Notes: generated by a model not told the origin, from the letters alone. A stretch of 50,734 nucleotides of DNA from an uncultured Gammaproteobacteria bacterium (GCA_963925015.1 CAWUTX010000015.1:1-50734), one strand, 5' to 3'; shown: positions 34,752 through 46,695, counted from the stretch's first letter. Numbers and translations: made by a program.

Positions 34752-35465
34752 GTGCGCGTGCGAGCGCTGATAATCACCGGTTGGCGCTGGCTGTGGCGCG
34801 CAGTGCTGCTGTTGGGTGCGGCGATACTCGCCTATCAGTTGTGGGTGTTTGCGCACATCTGGTATTGGGTGGATCATAACCCGGCGCAAAGCGCCTTTAT
34901 GGAGCGGCGTCTTGCCATCGCGCAAGAAAAAATCCCTGATGCGGCGCTTAGGCATCGATGGATACCCTACGGTCGCATCTCTATCCACCTGAAGCGCGCT
35001 CTGGTTTCGGCGGAAGACGCCAAATTCCTGGAGCACGATGGCTTCGACTGGGAAGGCATACAAACCGCCTACGAAAAGAATCTCAAAAAAGGCCGGGTGG
35101 TGGCGGGCGGTTCCACCATCAGTCAGCAACTGGCGAAAAATCTTTTCCTGTCGGGTGAGCGCAGTCTGGTGCGCAAAGGGGAAGAGGCGCTCATTACATT
35201 GATGCTGGAGTCGCTCATGAGCAAGCGCCGCATCTTTGAAATTTACCTGAACGTGATTGAATGGGGCGACAGCGTATTCGGCGCCGAGGCCGCAGCACGA
35301 CATTACTACGCCACCTCGGCGGCGGCGCTCAGCGCGGAACAGGCGGCCTGGCTTGCCGCCATCGTGACCAAACCACGCTATTATGACAAACACCGCGCCG
35401 CACGCGGGCCACAGCGCAAGTCCGCTATTCTGCTTGCGCGCATGAACGCAGCCCAAGTACCGTAA
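34752..35465 (+). CDS. mtgA: Monofunctional peptidoglycan transglycosylase
   Basis: AEDAKF.EH.GFD, GGSTISQQLAKNLFL, RKGEE. Confidence 0.95.
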   Translation: MRVRALIITGWRWLWRAVLLLGAAILAYQLWVFAHIWYWVDHNPAQSAFMERRLAIAQEKIPDAALRHRWIPYGRISIHLKRALVSAEDAKFLEHDGFDWEGIQTAYEKNLKKGRVVAGGSTISQQLAKNLFLSGERSLVRKGEEALITLMLESLMSKRRIFEIYLNVIEWGDSVFGAEAAARHYYATSAAALSAEQAAWLAAIVTKPRYYDKHRAARGPQRKSAILLARMNAAQVP

Positions 35466-35494
35466 CTAAAGATTTTCACGAGCAACCTATACAC

Positions 35495-37414
35495 ATGCCT
35501 CTCATCAGTCTCGACAACGTCTCCACCGCCTTTGGTCATCACGCGCTGCTCGATCACACCGATCTCATCATCGAGCCCGGCGAGCGTGTCTGTCTCGTCG
35601 GCCGCAACGGCACCGGGAAGTCCACGCTGATGCAGATCATCGCCGGCACGATACTGCCCGATGACGGCGTGGTGTGGCGGCAGCCGGGGTTGCGTATCGG
35701 CAGGCTGGCCCAGGATCTGGCGCTGGCGGAGGATCGCACGGTGTTCGATACTGTCGCCGAGGGCCTTGGTGATCTCGCTGCGGTGTTGAGCGACTACCGC
35801 CGCACCCTGGCGTTGCTGGATCACAATCCTACTGACGCGCAGTTGCAGCACCTGCACGAACTGCAGCACCAGCTTGAAATCCTTGATGGCTGGGGCTTTC
35901 AGCAGCGGATCGACATGGTGCTCAGCCGCCTGGAATTGCCCGCCGACAAAATCGTCGGCGAACTCTCCGGCGGCTGGAAGCGGCGCGTCGCCCTCGCGCA
36001 GGCGCTGGTCTCCGAGCCGGATCTGTTGTTGCTGGACGAGCCGACCAATCATCTGGACATCGCAGCAATCACTTGGCTGGAGGAGTTGCTGCTGAGTTTC
36101 AACGGCGGTCTGCTGTTCATCACCCATGATCGCAGTCTGCTTCAGCGCCTCGCTACCCGCATCATTGAACTTGATCGCGGACAGCTCACTTCCTGGCCGG
36201 GCGATTACCTGCATTATCTGCAAAAGAAACAGGAGATGCTCGCCGTCGAGGCGGATCACGCCGCCAAGTTCGACAAGCGGCTCGCGCAAGAAGAGGTCTG
36301 GATTCGTAAGGGGGTTCAGGCGCGCCGCACGCGCAACGAAGGCCGCGTGCGCGGTCTCTATGCCTTGCGTGAGGAGCGCGCGCGCCGCCGTATACAACCC
36401 GGACAGGCGAGCATCGCCCTGGACAGCGGCGCAGTCTCCGGCAAGCTGGTGATTGAGGTGGAGGATGTCTGCAAATCCTATGACGGCAAAGCGGTGGTCA
36501 ATAATTTTTCCGCGCGCATCATGCGCGGCGACCGCGTCGGCCTGATCGGGCCGAATGGGGCGGGCAAGACCACCTTGCTCAAGTTGCTGCTCGACGAGAT
36601 TCCGCCCGACAGCGGCAGCGTACGCCATGGCACCAAGCTGCAAGTCGCCTACTTCGACCAGTTGCGCGCCCAGCTCGACCCGGAGCGCACGGTGATCGAG
36701 AACCTCTCGCTCGGCGGCGACATGGTGACCATCAACGGTGCGTCACGACACGTCATCAGCTATATGCAGGATTTTCTGTTCTCACCCGCCCGCGCCCGCT
36801 CTCCGGTCAAGTCACTGTCCGGTGGCGAATGCAATCGTTTGTTGCTGGCGCGGCTGTTTACACAACCCGCCAATCTGCTGGTGATGGATGAGCCGACCAA
36901 TGACCTCGACATCGAGACACTGGAGTTGCTCGAAGAACTGCTCGCCACTTATGCCGGCACACTGCTGCTGGTCAGCCATGACCGTACCTTCCTGGACAAT
37001 GTGGTGACCAGTGTCATGGTGTTTGAGGGGGAGGGGAGGATTGAGGAATACGTCGGCGGCTACGCAGACTGGCAGCGCCAGAGCAAACAGCAGAGCACGA
37101 TTGCAACGCCGATCGAGCCCGTGCGCAAATCCAGTGCAAAGATTCAAACTAAAACCGCCGCGCGTAAACCCAGCTATAAAGAGCAGCGTGAACTCGAAAC
37201 CGTACACGCACGCATCGAGACGCTGGAGGCCGAGCAGAAGCGTCTGAGCGCCATGCTGGCGCAGGCCGATTTTTATCAACGCGACAAGGCCGGATTTCTC
37301 GCTGTCACGCAGCAGCTTGAAGATGCCGGCAAGGCCTTGCGTGCAGCCTATGCACGTTGGGAAGAGCTGGAGAAGCCGGGAGATGCAGTCGCATCTTCCG
37401 GAGTGCGTCTTTAG
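35495..37414 (+). CDS. uup: ABC-F ATPase Uup
   Basis: Two ABC domains, [21 protein letters not shown] linker, C-terminal coiled coil ending YARWEELE. Confidence 0.93.
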   Translation: MPLISLDNVSTAFGHHALLDHTDLIIEPGERVCLVGRNGTGKSTLMQIIAGTILPDDGVVWRQPGLRIGRLAQDLALAEDRTVFDTVAEGLGDLAAVLSDYRRTLALLDHNPTDAQLQHLHELQHQLEILDGWGFQQRIDMVLSRLELPADKIVGELSGGWKRRVALAQALVSEPDLLLLDEPTNHLDIAAITWLEELLLSFNGGLLFITHDRSLLQRLATRIIELDRGQLTSWPGDYLHYLQKKQEMLAVEADHAAKFDKRLAQEEVWIRKGVQARRTRNEGRVRGLYALREERARRRIQPGQASIALDSGAVSGKLVIEVEDVCKSYDGKAVVNNFSARIMRGDRVGLIGPNGAGKTTLLKLLLDEIPPDSGSVRHGTKLQVAYFDQLRAQLDPERTVIENLSLGGDMVTINGASRHVISYMQDFLFSPARARSPVKSLSGGECNRLLLARLFTQPANLLVMDEPTNDLDIETLELLEELLATYAGTLLLVSHDRTFLDNVVTSVMVFEGEGRIEEYVGGYADWQRQSKQQSTIATPIEPVRKSSAKIQTKTAARKPSYKEQRELETVHARIETLEAEQKRLSAMLAQADFYQRDKAGFLAVTQQLEDAGKALRAAYARWEELEKPGDAVASSGVRL

Positions 37415-38421
37415 CTGCCTTGGTGATAACCAATAATACGCTCGACTTCGTTTTTTGACCCCAGAATTACCGGCACACGCTGGTGCAGCTCAGTGGGCTG
37501 CATATCCAGAATGCGTTCGTATCCGGTGGTACACACGCCGCCCGCCTGCTCGACGATGAATGCCATCGGATTGGCCTCGTACATGAGGCGCAATTTACCT
37601 GCCTTGCTGGGATCCTTGGTGTCCTTCGGGTACATGAACACACCGCCGCGAATCAAAATGCGGTGTACCTCGGCGACCATCGACGCGATCCAGCGCATAT
37701 TAAAATTTTTCTTGCGCGCGCCTTCCACGCCGGCCAGGCACTCATCCACGTAACGCTGCACCGGCGCCTCCCAGAAACGCTCGTTGGAGGCATTGATGGC
37801 GAACTCGTGGCTGTCTGCGGGGATTTTCATGCCGGGATGCGTGAGGATGAACTCGCCGATGTTCTGGTCGAGCGTGAAGCCGTTTACGCCGTGGCCGCTG
37901 GTAAGCACGATCATGGTGGAGGGGCCGTAGAGCGCGTAACCCGCACACACCTGCTTGGTGCCGGACTGAAGGAAGTCGCGCGCGGTCACGGATTCCTGCG
38001 ACATGCCTTTGGGCGAGCGCAGAATTGAGAAGATGGTGCCCACCGAAATGTTCACGTCGATGTTGGACGAGCCGTCGAGCGGATCGAACACGAGCAGATA
38101 CTTGCCCCTCGGATACTGGCGCGGAATCTGATAGATGTCGTCCATCTCCTCCGAGCCCATCGCGGCGAGATGGCCCGCCCATTCGTTGGACTTGATGAAG
38201 ATTTCGTTGGTGATGACGTCCAGTTTTTTCTGCGTTTCACCCTGCACGTTTTCGCTGCCCGCGCTGCCCTGAATGCCGATCAGCGCACCCTTGTGCACCG
38301 CGTTAGAGATAACCTTGCAGGCCGTGACGATGTCGTTCAGGAGCGAGCTGAAGTCGCCGCTGGCCCCGATCTGACGCTGTTCTTCGATAATAAATTGGGT
38401 AAGAGTGGTGCCGTTGTGCAT
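37411..38421 (-). CDS. fbp: Class 1 fructose-1,6-bisphosphatase
   Basis: [33 protein letters not shown]; probable start MHNGTT at 38421. Confidence 0.97.
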   Translation of the reverse strand: MHNGTTLTQFIIEEQRQIGASGDFSSLLNDIVTACKVISNAVHKGALIGIQGSAGSENVQGETQKKLDVITNEIFIKSNEWAGHLAAMGSEEMDDIYQIPRQYPRGKYLLVFDPLDGSSNIDVNISVGTIFSILRSPKGMSQESVTARDFLQSGTKQVCAGYALYGPSTMIVLTSGHGVNGFTLDQNIGEFILTHPGMKIPADSHEFAINASNERFWEAPVQRYVDECLAGVEGARKKNFNMRWIASMVAEVHRILIRGGVFMYPKDTKDPSKAGKLRLMYEANPMAFIVEQAGGVCTTGYERILDMQPTELHQRVPVILGSKNEVERIIGYHQGS

Positions 38422-38707
38422 GGTTTTTCTGTCCAAGGTAGCTGTGAATTCAAAAGAAAATCATTGTGCGAGGCCGATCTCCAGCCAAGGAGGCCCACGA
38501 TGCACAACTTCCGGAGAGTTTCCCGCGAGGCGTAGCACTGAGGCATGGCGCCATATTTACGCGCAAATCATACCATAAATCACCGCCGTCAGCCGCAACT
38601 TGAATTGCGCTCGCCGGGGTTCTGGTTTAATCTTGCACGCTCGCTGACACCGGCTTAAGCCTGTCCTGAAGTGCTGCGAAGGGTAGCCAGTGTTGCGAAC
38701 AGAGTTG

Positions 38708-38798
38708 GGAGAGGTGTCCGAGCGGTTGAAGGAGCACGCCTGGAAAGTGTGTATACGGTAACCCCGTATCGCGGGTTCGAATCCCGCCCTCTCCGCCA
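38708..38798 (+). tRNA. tRNA-Ser(GGA)
   Basis: GGAGAGG/CCTCTCC stem, cacgc-CT-GGA-AA-gtgtg, long variable arm, encoded CCA. Confidence 0.96.
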
Positions 38799-38807
38799 TA
38801 ATAAATG

Positions 38808-38870
38808 CAGGGACTAGGGGCTAGGGAAAACCTAAACCCCAAAACTCTAGTCCCTAGATCCTAGCCCCTG
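38808..38870. repeat. Inverted pair of heptamer arrays (AGGGACT/AGGGGCT/AGGATCT)
   Basis: cagggactaggggctaggg ... ctctagtccctagatcctagcccctg. Confidence 0.75.
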
Positions 38871-38876
38871 TTTTAT

Positions 38877-38993
38877 GGTGGCTTGCGTCGGTCCCCTCGC
38901 AACGACAGGTTGTGAACCCCGTCAGGCCCGGAAGGGAGCAGCGGCAGCAGCTTCGCTCGTGTGCCGGGGTGTGGCCGGCGCAGGCCGCCGCCA
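38877..38993 (+). ncRNA. ffs: Signal recognition particle 4.5S RNA
   Basis: Helix 8 motif TCAGGCCCGGAAGGGAGCAGC, paired ends, position upstream of dnaX. Confidence 0.95.
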
Positions 38994-39069
38994 TAAACTC
39001 AAGACTGCGGGCCGGAAACCGGATAAAATTCGGGTACTCTGGCCTGTCATTCATACGCTATCCGATCTC

Positions 39070-40644
39070 ATGAGTTATCAAGTCCTGGCCCGCAAGTGGC
39101 GCCCGCGCAATTTTGCCGAGATGGTGGGGCAGGAGCACGTGGTGCGTGCGCTCACTCACGCGCTCGACAATGATCGCCTGCACCATGCCTTTTTGTTCAC
39201 CGGCACGCGCGGCGTGGGCAAGACCACACTGGCGCGCGTGCTCGCCAAGGCGCTGAATTGCGAACAGGGCGTCAGCTCAACGCCGTGCGGCACATGTAGC
39301 GCCTGCCGCGAGATCGACGAGGGACGCTTTGTCGATCTCATCGAGGTGGACGCCGCCTCGCGAACCAAGGTGGAGGACACGCGCGAGCTGCTGGAAAACG
39401 TGCAATACGCGCCGACGCGCGGGCGTTACAAGGTGTACCTCATCGACGAGGTGCACATGCTCTCCACCCACAGCTTCAACGCCCTGTTGAAGACGCTGGA
39501 AGAGCCGCCGCCGCACGTCAAGTTCCTGCTCGCCACCACCGATCCGCAAAAACTTCCGGTGACTATCCTTTCGCGTTGCCTGCAATTCAATCTGAAGCGC
39601 GTACCGGTCGATCTCATCATGCGCCAGATCGAACATATCTTGAAACAGGAAGGCACCGCAGGCGAGACTGCGGCATGCACGGCCATTGCAACCGCTGCGG
39701 ACGGCAGCCTGCGCGACGCATTGAGTCTGCTCGACCAGGCCATCGCTTCCGGCGGCGGTGCGCTGCGCGCTGCGGACGTGCACGCCATGCTGGGCAGCAT
39801 CGAGCAGACGCATGTGTTTACCTTGCTGGAGGCGCTGGCGCACCACAACGCCCAAGCGCTGCTGGAGCGGGTGGATTTGCTGGCGCAGCACGCGGCGGAT
39901 TTTGAGGGTGTGCTCGCCGACCTGCTTACGCAACTGCACCGTATCGCCCTGGCGCAGGTCATTCCGGATGCGGTGGACGACACTGCGGGCAACCGTGATG
40001 CCGTGCTCGCGCTGGCGCGCGCGATTCCTCCGGAAGATGTGCAACTGTTTTATCAGATCGGCACGCTGGGGCGGCGCGATCTGCCGCTGGCGCCGGATGC
40101 GCAGAGCGGGTTCGAGATGATGCTGCTGCGCATGCTCGCGTTCCGCCCTGTCTCTATTACACAGACGGTGCCGGTTACATCGAACCCACCGCCCGTGAAG
40201 GCGACACCCGTCACAGCGACGCCGAAGGCAGGCACACTGAAACCCCCGCAACCCGCCGCCAGTGGCGAGTGGGCGGAAATGATAGAGGCGCTCAAGCTCA
40301 CCGGCATGACGCGGCAACTCGCCGCGAACTGTGTGTTGCAGGGGCGCGAAGGGGCCATCATGCGTTTGCTGCTGGATGCGTCGCAGGCGCATTTGCAGCG
40401 CAAGTCCGCCGAGCAGCAGCTACAGCAGGCGTTGCAGGATTATCTCGGTGCGCCGGTCAAGCTGGAGATCAGCACCGGCACGCCCGAACGTGAGACGCCC
40501 GCGTTGACGGAGGCGCGTGTGCAAAATGATCGCCAGCAGGCGGCGCTGCAAGCCGTCGAAAGCGACGCCACCGTGCAGGCGCTGTGCGCAACCTTCAATA
40601 CCCGCGTCCAGTCCGACGCCGTGCGTGTGATAGATAAAGAGTGA
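39070..40644 (+). CDS. dnaX: DNA polymerase III subunit gamma/tau
   Basis: MSYQVLARKWRP, GTRGVGKTT, IDEVHML; start 39070. Confidence 0.98.
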   Translation: MSYQVLARKWRPRNFAEMVGQEHVVRALTHALDNDRLHHAFLFTGTRGVGKTTLARVLAKALNCEQGVSSTPCGTCSACREIDEGRFVDLIEVDAASRTKVEDTRELLENVQYAPTRGRYKVYLIDEVHMLSTHSFNALLKTLEEPPPHVKFLLATTDPQKLPVTILSRCLQFNLKRVPVDLIMRQIEHILKQEGTAGETAACTAIATAADGSLRDALSLLDQAIASGGGALRAADVHAMLGSIEQTHVFTLLEALAHHNAQALLERVDLLAQHAADFEGVLADLLTQLHRIALAQVIPDAVDDTAGNRDAVLALARAIPPEDVQLFYQIGTLGRRDLPLAPDAQSGFEMMLLRMLAFRPVSITQTVPVTSNPPPVKATPVTATPKAGTLKPPQPAASGEWAEMIEALKLTGMTRQLAANCVLQGREGAIMRLLLDASQAHLQRKSAEQQLQQALQDYLGAPVKLEISTGTPERETPALTEARVQNDRQQAALQAVESDATVQALCATFNTRVQSDAVRVIDKE

Positions 40645-40689
40645 TGGTCACAGTTTTTTACAGATAGAAATCGACGGAAGGGAAAGAAG

Positions 40690-41013
40690 ATGCAAGGTGG
40701 TCTCGGCGGTATCATGAAGCAGGCGCAGCAGATGCAGGCCAATCTGCTCAAGGCGCAGGAAGAACTCGCGGCCATGGAAGTGACGGGCGAGTCGGGTGCG
40801 GGTCTGGTGAGCGTGGTGATGAACGGGCGCCATGACGTGAAGCGTGTGCATATCGACGCCAGCCTGTTGCAGGACGACAAGGAAATTCTTGAAGACCTGT
40901 TGGCTGCGGCGGTGAATGACGCCGTGCGCAAGATCGAGCAGGTCACGCAGGAAAAATATGCCGGCATGACCGGTGGGCTCGGCCTGCCAGGCGGTTTCAA
41001 AATGCCCTTTTAG
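40690..41013 (+). CDS. ybaB: Nucleoid-associated protein YbaB/EbfC
   Basis: MKQAQQMQ...[12 protein letters not shown]...KMPF. Confidence 0.97.
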   Translation: MQGGLGGIMKQAQQMQANLLKAQEELAAMEVTGESGAGLVSVVMNGRHDVKRVHIDASLLQDDKEILEDLLAAAVNDAVRKIEQVTQEKYAGMTGGLGLPGGFKMPF

Positions 41014-41148
41014 CCAGGAGACACAAAGATAAGGGTACGCGGCCGTCCAGGTGTCTCCTGATTAAATCTACCCCCACCCTGTCCCGCCCCCTAAACAGGG
41101 GGCGGGAACGCGTCGGAAAGTGCAGTCTTAATAGTGACCTTATGAGTA
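41012..41148 (+). repeat. Composite intergenic repeat family A, copy 4 (most diverged)
   Basis: 10-bp IR caggagacac (41015-41024)/gtgtctcctg (41051-41060); cccgccccct-aaac-agggggcggg; ends cttatgagta. Confidence 0.85.
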
Positions 41149-41154
41149 ATTCGC

Positions 41155-41751
41155 ATGGCGCAAGATTCTCTTATCAATGACTTGATTCTGGCGCTGCGCT
41201 GCCTGCCCAGCGTCGGACCCAAGTCGGCACAGCGCATGGCGTTTCATTTGCTGGAACGCAATCGCGCAGGCGCACGTTCATTGGCGCAGGCACTCATGGC
41301 AGCGATGGACAACATTCATCATTGCGCCTCGTGCCGCAGCCTGAGCGAGACTGATCTGTGCCGTTTGTGCGCCGACCCCAGACGTGACCGCAGCCTGCTG
41401 TGCGTGGTGGAGACGCCCGCCGATGTGCTCGCGGTGGATCGCGCCACGGACTACAAGGGACTGTATTTTGTGCTCATGGGCCACCTCTCGCCGCTCGACG
41501 GTATCGGACCGAACGAGCTCGGTCTCGACAAGCTCGCGGCGCGCTTCGACAACGGTGGCATCACGGAGGTAATCCTGGCCACCAACCCAACCGTGGAAGG
41601 CGAGGCCACGGCGCACTACATCAGCGAGCTGGCGCGTGCGCGCGGCATCAGGCCTACGCGCATTGCGCACGGTGTGCCTTTGGGCGGCGAGCTTGAATAC
41701 GTTGACAGCGGCACTCTGTCGCACGCCTTCAGCGGGCGACGTGACATTTGA
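41155..41751 (+). CDS. recR: Recombination mediator RecR
   Basis: [12 protein letters not shown]4 zinc finger, Toprim [12 protein letters not shown]. Confidence 0.98.
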   Translation: MAQDSLINDLILALRCLPSVGPKSAQRMAFHLLERNRAGARSLAQALMAAMDNIHHCASCRSLSETDLCRLCADPRRDRSLLCVVETPADVLAVDRATDYKGLYFVLMGHLSPLDGIGPNELGLDKLAARFDNGGITEVILATNPTVEGEATAHYISELARARGIRPTRIAHGVPLGGELEYVDSGTLSHAFSGRRDI

Positions 41752-41765
41752 ACTCGCGGATTACA

Positions 41766-43246
<1,481 letters not shown>

Positions 43247-43248
43247 AT

Positions 43249-43290
43249 CACCCCCATCCCAACCTTCCCCCGTCGAGGGCGAAGGGGGCG
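43249..43290. repeat. REP-like C-rich/G-rich palindrome (family D)
   Basis: cacccccatcccaa-ccttcccccgtcgagggcgaagg-gg fills the dapD-yffB spacer. Confidence 0.55.
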
Positions 43291-43291
43291 G

Positions 43292-44113
43292 CTAAATGTC
43301 CCGCAACAATTCATTGATGCCGACCTTACTGCGTGTCTTTTCATCGACCTGCTTCACGATCACTGCGCAGTACAAGCTGTAGCTGCCGTCCTTGGCGGGC
43401 AGATTGCCAGATACCACCACGGAACCTGCCGGGATGCGGCCGTAGCTGACTTCGCCCGTCATGCGGTTGAATATCTTTGTGCTCTGGCCGATGTACACGC
43501 CCATCGAGATCACCGCGCCTTCTTCCACAATCACGCCCTCGACGACCTCCGAGCGCGCACCGATGAAGCAGTTGTCCTCGATGATCGTCGGGCCGGCCTG
43601 CACCGGCTCCAGCACGCCGCCGATGCCGACGCCGCCGGAGAGATGTACGTTTTTGCCTATCTGCGCGCATGAACCGACGGTGGCCCAGGTGTCCACCATG
43701 GTGCCGGAATCGACGTAGGCGCCGATGTTGACGTATGACGGCATCAGCACCACGCCGGGTGCGATGTAGGAGCCCTTGCGCGCCATCGCGGGCGGCACCA
43801 CGCGCACGCCGCTTTGCTTGAAGCGCGCCGCGTCGTAGCTGCTGAATTTGCCCGGCACCTTGTCATAGTAGGCGCTGTAGGCGCCCTTGATGAACTGGTT
43901 TTCCTCGATGCGAAACGACAGCAGCACCGCTTTTTTCACCCACTGATTGACCACCCATGCGCCGCCGGTTTTTTGCGCGACGCGCAGCGTGCCAGCGTCG
44001 AGCTGGTCGAGGGTGGCGTACACGGCCTCCTTGAGGCGCGCATCCGCATTTTGCGGCGTGATCTCCGCGCGCCGCTCAAAACCTTGTTCGATGATGTCCT
44101 GCATGTTGCTCAT
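43292..44113 (-). CDS. dapD: Tetrahydrodipicolinate N-succinyltransferase
   Basis: [10 protein letters not shown], hexapeptide repeats, [14 protein letters not shown]. Confidence 0.98.
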   Translation of the reverse strand: MSNMQDIIEQGFERRAEITPQNADARLKEAVYATLDQLDAGTLRVAQKTGGAWVVNQWVKKAVLLSFRIEENQFIKGAYSAYYDKVPGKFSSYDAARFKQSGVRVVPPAMARKGSYIAPGVVLMPSYVNIGAYVDSGTMVDTWATVGSCAQIGKNVHLSGGVGIGGVLEPVQAGPTIIEDNCFIGARSEVVEGVIVEEGAVISMGVYIGQSTKIFNRMTGEVSYGRIPAGSVVVSGNLPAKDGSYSLYCAVIVKQVDEKTRSKVGINELLRDI

Positions 44114-44134
44114 GTTATTTTGTTCTCCACATTA

Positions 44135-44277
44135 AGGGCACCTCTAAAAATGCGTCTTTTGCTCCAATACTGCGTTACAGCTTGTCTCCGCTGCTCACAT
44201 ACTAACGTGTATGCTGCGCTGCTCGCCTGCGCTGCGCCTTGTCTTGAAGCAAAATCTATCATTTTTAGAAGCACCCT
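44135..44277. mobile_element. MITE family B, copy 1 (143 bp)
   Basis: TIR agggcacctctaaaaatg / catttttagaagcaccct (15/18); near-identical to 49358-49499. Confidence 0.85.
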
Positions 44278-44281
44278 GAAA

Positions 44282-45478
44282 TTACAGATTACGCATAAAA
44301 TCGCGGATGCGTTGCGCGGCCTCGATACATTCCTCTTTTTCGGCCACCAGCGCAATACGCACGTAGTTTTGCCCCGGATTAACGCCGTGCGCCTTGCGTG
44401 ACAGAAAACCTCCCGGCAGTACTGTGACGTTGTGGCGTGCATAGAGTTCGCGCGTGAACTCCTGGTCATCGATAGGCGTGGGAAGCCAGAGACAGAAGCC
44501 GCCTGCTGGTTGCGGCACCTCGATGACCGGCGCCAGCACGTCAATCACCGCGGCAAATTTTTTGCGATACTGTTTGCGGTTTTCCCTGACGTGTTTTTCA
44601 TCGCGCCACGCCTTTACGCTCGCGGCCTGTATGTAAAGCGGCATGGCGCAGCCGTGATAGGTGCGATAGAGCAGGAATTTTTCGATGATGCGCGCGTCGC
44701 CCGCGACAAACCCGGAGCGCATGCCCGGCACGCTGGAACGCTTGGACAGGCTGTGAAAGACCACGCAGCGCCGGTAATCATCACGCCCCATGCGGGCGGC
44801 GACCTCCAGCAGGCCCGGCGGCGGCTGATCTTCGTTGTCATAAATTTCCGAGTAACACTCGTCGGCGGCGATGACAAAGTCATATTTGTCGGCGAGATGA
44901 ATCAACTGCTCCAGTGCGGCGTGGTCCAGCACCGCGCCGGTGGGATTGCCCGGCGAGCAGATGTATACCATCTGGCAGCGTTTCCAGGCCGATTCCGGTA
45001 CCGCATCGAAGCGGGGAGCCAGGCCGGTCTGCGGCGTCAGGTTCAGGAACCTTGGCTGCGCGCCAGCCAGCAGCGCCGCGCCTTCATAAATCTGGTAAAA
45101 CGGATTCGGCATCAGCACCAACGGCTTCGACTGGCGGTCGACGACGCACTGGGCGATGGCGAACAACGCCTCGCGTGTGCCGTTCACCGGCAGGACGTGG
45201 CGCTCGGCATCAATGCTTTTCGGATTCAGATGAAAGCGCTTCACCAGCCAGTCCGTAATCGCCTCGCGTAGTTCCGCTGTGCCGCGCGTGGTGGGGTAGC
45301 TCGACAGTCCACCCAGATGCGCGCGTATCTCCTCGGCGATAAACGCCGGCGGCTTGTGTTTCGGCTCGCCGATGGACATCACGATGGGCGTTATGTCGCG
45401 CGGCGGGCTGACACCGGCCTTGAGCTGATTCAGACGCTCAAAGGGATAGGGCAGGAGTGTTGAGAGGTCGGGATTCAT
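44282..45478 (-). CDS. dapC: Succinyldiaminopimelate transaminase
   Basis: PYPFERL, PNPFYQIYEGA, DECYSE, PLP lysine SLSKRS; start 45478. Confidence 0.95.
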   Translation of the reverse strand: MNPDLSTLLPYPFERLNQLKAGVSPPRDITPIVMSIGEPKHKPPAFIAEEIRAHLGGLSSYPTTRGTAELREAITDWLVKRFHLNPKSIDAERHVLPVNGTREALFAIAQCVVDRQSKPLVLMPNPFYQIYEGAALLAGAQPRFLNLTPQTGLAPRFDAVPESAWKRCQMVYICSPGNPTGAVLDHAALEQLIHLADKYDFVIAADECYSEIYDNEDQPPPGLLEVAARMGRDDYRRCVVFHSLSKRSSVPGMRSGFVAGDARIIEKFLLYRTYHGCAMPLYIQAASVKAWRDEKHVRENRKQYRKKFAAVIDVLAPVIEVPQPAGGFCLWLPTPIDDQEFTRELYARHNVTVLPGGFLSRKAHGVNPGQNYVRIALVAEKEECIEAAQRIRDFMRNL

Positions 45479-45532
45479 GGAGGGCGTTGAAATGAGTGCG
45501 GCTGTGCGTTCACTGTAGTATAAAGTTTTATC

Positions 45533-46411
45533 GTGACGCCATCCAATCACAGATCATCCTGGCTGCCAGTCTCCGCGCTCCTGCTCGGCGCGACGCTATG
45601 GGGCGTGCTGTGGTATCCGCTGCGCCTGCTGGAGGAGCAGGGCCTGTCCGGGCTGTGGTTGACGCTGATTATCAATGCCGTCGCCTGCCTTGTGGGCCTG
45701 CCCTGGCTGTGGCAGAGACGCGCCGAACTCAAACGCCATCCCTGGCTGCTGCTCACGCTCGGTCTGGCCACGGGCCTTTGCAATACCACGTTCGTGCTGG
45801 CGGTAATTGACGGCAATATAGTCCGCGTGCTCCTTTTGTTCTATCTGTCACCGCTGTGGGCCTCGCTGCTGGGCTGGGGCGTGCTGGGTGAGCGCGTATC
45901 CACGCACACCTGGATACTGTTGGCCGTTGCCATGGCGGGCGCGTTCATCATGTTGTGGGACGCTACTGGCGGCGCATTCTGGCCGCACGGCCGCACCGAC
46001 CTGCTGGCCTTGCTGTCGGGCTTTACCTTCGCCCTGTCGAATGTGCTGATACGCAAGCTGCAACGCATTTCAGTGCCGGTGAAAACGATCTCATCGTGGG
46101 TCGGTGGGGTACTGGTGGCGGCGCTGTGGCTGCTGTTCAGCGCGCAACCGCTGCCACAGGCGTCATCCAGTGCACTGATTTACGCCATCGCGCTGGGTGC
46201 CTGCGGCATCACGGTAATGACTCTCGCGGTGCAATACGGCGTAACGCGCATGCCGGTGCAACGCTCGGCGGTGATTTTGCTGTTTGAGCTGGTCGTGGGC
46301 GCAGTGTCAGCTGCATGGCTGGTAGGCGAAATGGTGCAGATGCACGAATGGCTGGGCGGGGGGTTGATTATCGCCGCAGGCTACCTGTCAGTGCGTCTGA
46401 CGACCAGGTAA
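45533..46411 (+). CDS. DMT/EamA family transporter
   Basis: WGVLWYPLR, LLFYLSPLW, RSAVILLFE; about 10 TM. Confidence 0.9.
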   Translation: MTPSNHRSSWLPVSALLLGATLWGVLWYPLRLLEEQGLSGLWLTLIINAVACLVGLPWLWQRRAELKRHPWLLLTLGLATGLCNTTFVLAVIDGNIVRVLLLFYLSPLWASLLGWGVLGERVSTHTWILLAVAMAGAFIMLWDATGGAFWPHGRTDLLALLSGFTFALSNVLIRKLQRISVPVKTISSWVGGVLVAALWLLFSAQPLPQASSSALIYAIALGACGITVMTLAVQYGVTRMPVQRSAVILLFELVVGAVSAAWLVGEMVQMHEWLGGGLIIAAGYLSVRLTTR

Positions 46412-46414
46412 TTC

Positions 46415-46606
46415 TCATGCGCGCTGCTTTTTATCTATCAGCCGACGCTTCACTTCCTCGTGCGGGACGGTGCGGCCTTCGGCTACGGCCTTTAATCCCG
46501 CCTCGATCTTTTGCATCACGTACAGTTCGTACATGATGTCATCCCAAGAGGCTTGGTCGGGAAGATGTTCGATCAACTCTTTAGCGGCTTGCTTGGTTGT
46601 AGCTAT
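46415..46606 (-). pseudogene. Orphan antitoxin-like small protein (ParE/RelE-partner type), ATA start
   Basis: SD GAGGTG then (ATA)ATTKQAAKELIEHLPDQASWDDIMYELYVMQKIEAGLKAVAEGRTVPHEEVKRRLIDKKQRA*; stop overlaps ATG of a toxin-like stub; not in ORF track. Confidence 0.7.
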
Positions 46607-46625
46607 AAATCACCTCATTAAAGAT

Positions 46626-46695
46626 CGTCACGTTGCGAAGCTACGTGACGGAGCTACGAAGCATCCTGCCAGGCAGCTTACGCAGCCTGGCCTAC
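46626..46695. repeat. Two tandem REP-like hairpins each followed by CTAC (GTAG on minus strand)
   Basis: cgtcacgt-t-gc-gaa-gc-t-acgtgacg and gccaggc-a-gc-ttac-gc-a-gcctggc-ctac. Confidence 0.6.

Noticed and set aside
30037-38799. Genomic island bounded by attL/attR at tRNA-Ser 3' ends
   Set aside because: Both repeats belong to complete tRNA genes, there is no integrase, and the cargo is housekeeping
38557-39069. ORFs 38557..38799 and 38854..39054 and the N-terminal extension of dnaX from 38875
   Set aside because: They overlap tRNA-Ser and SRP RNA; dnaX homology starts at 39070
40140-40280. dnaX programmed -1 frameshift or slippage site producing gamma
   Set aside because: No A-AAA-AAG heptamer or long A/T run seen in the linker region
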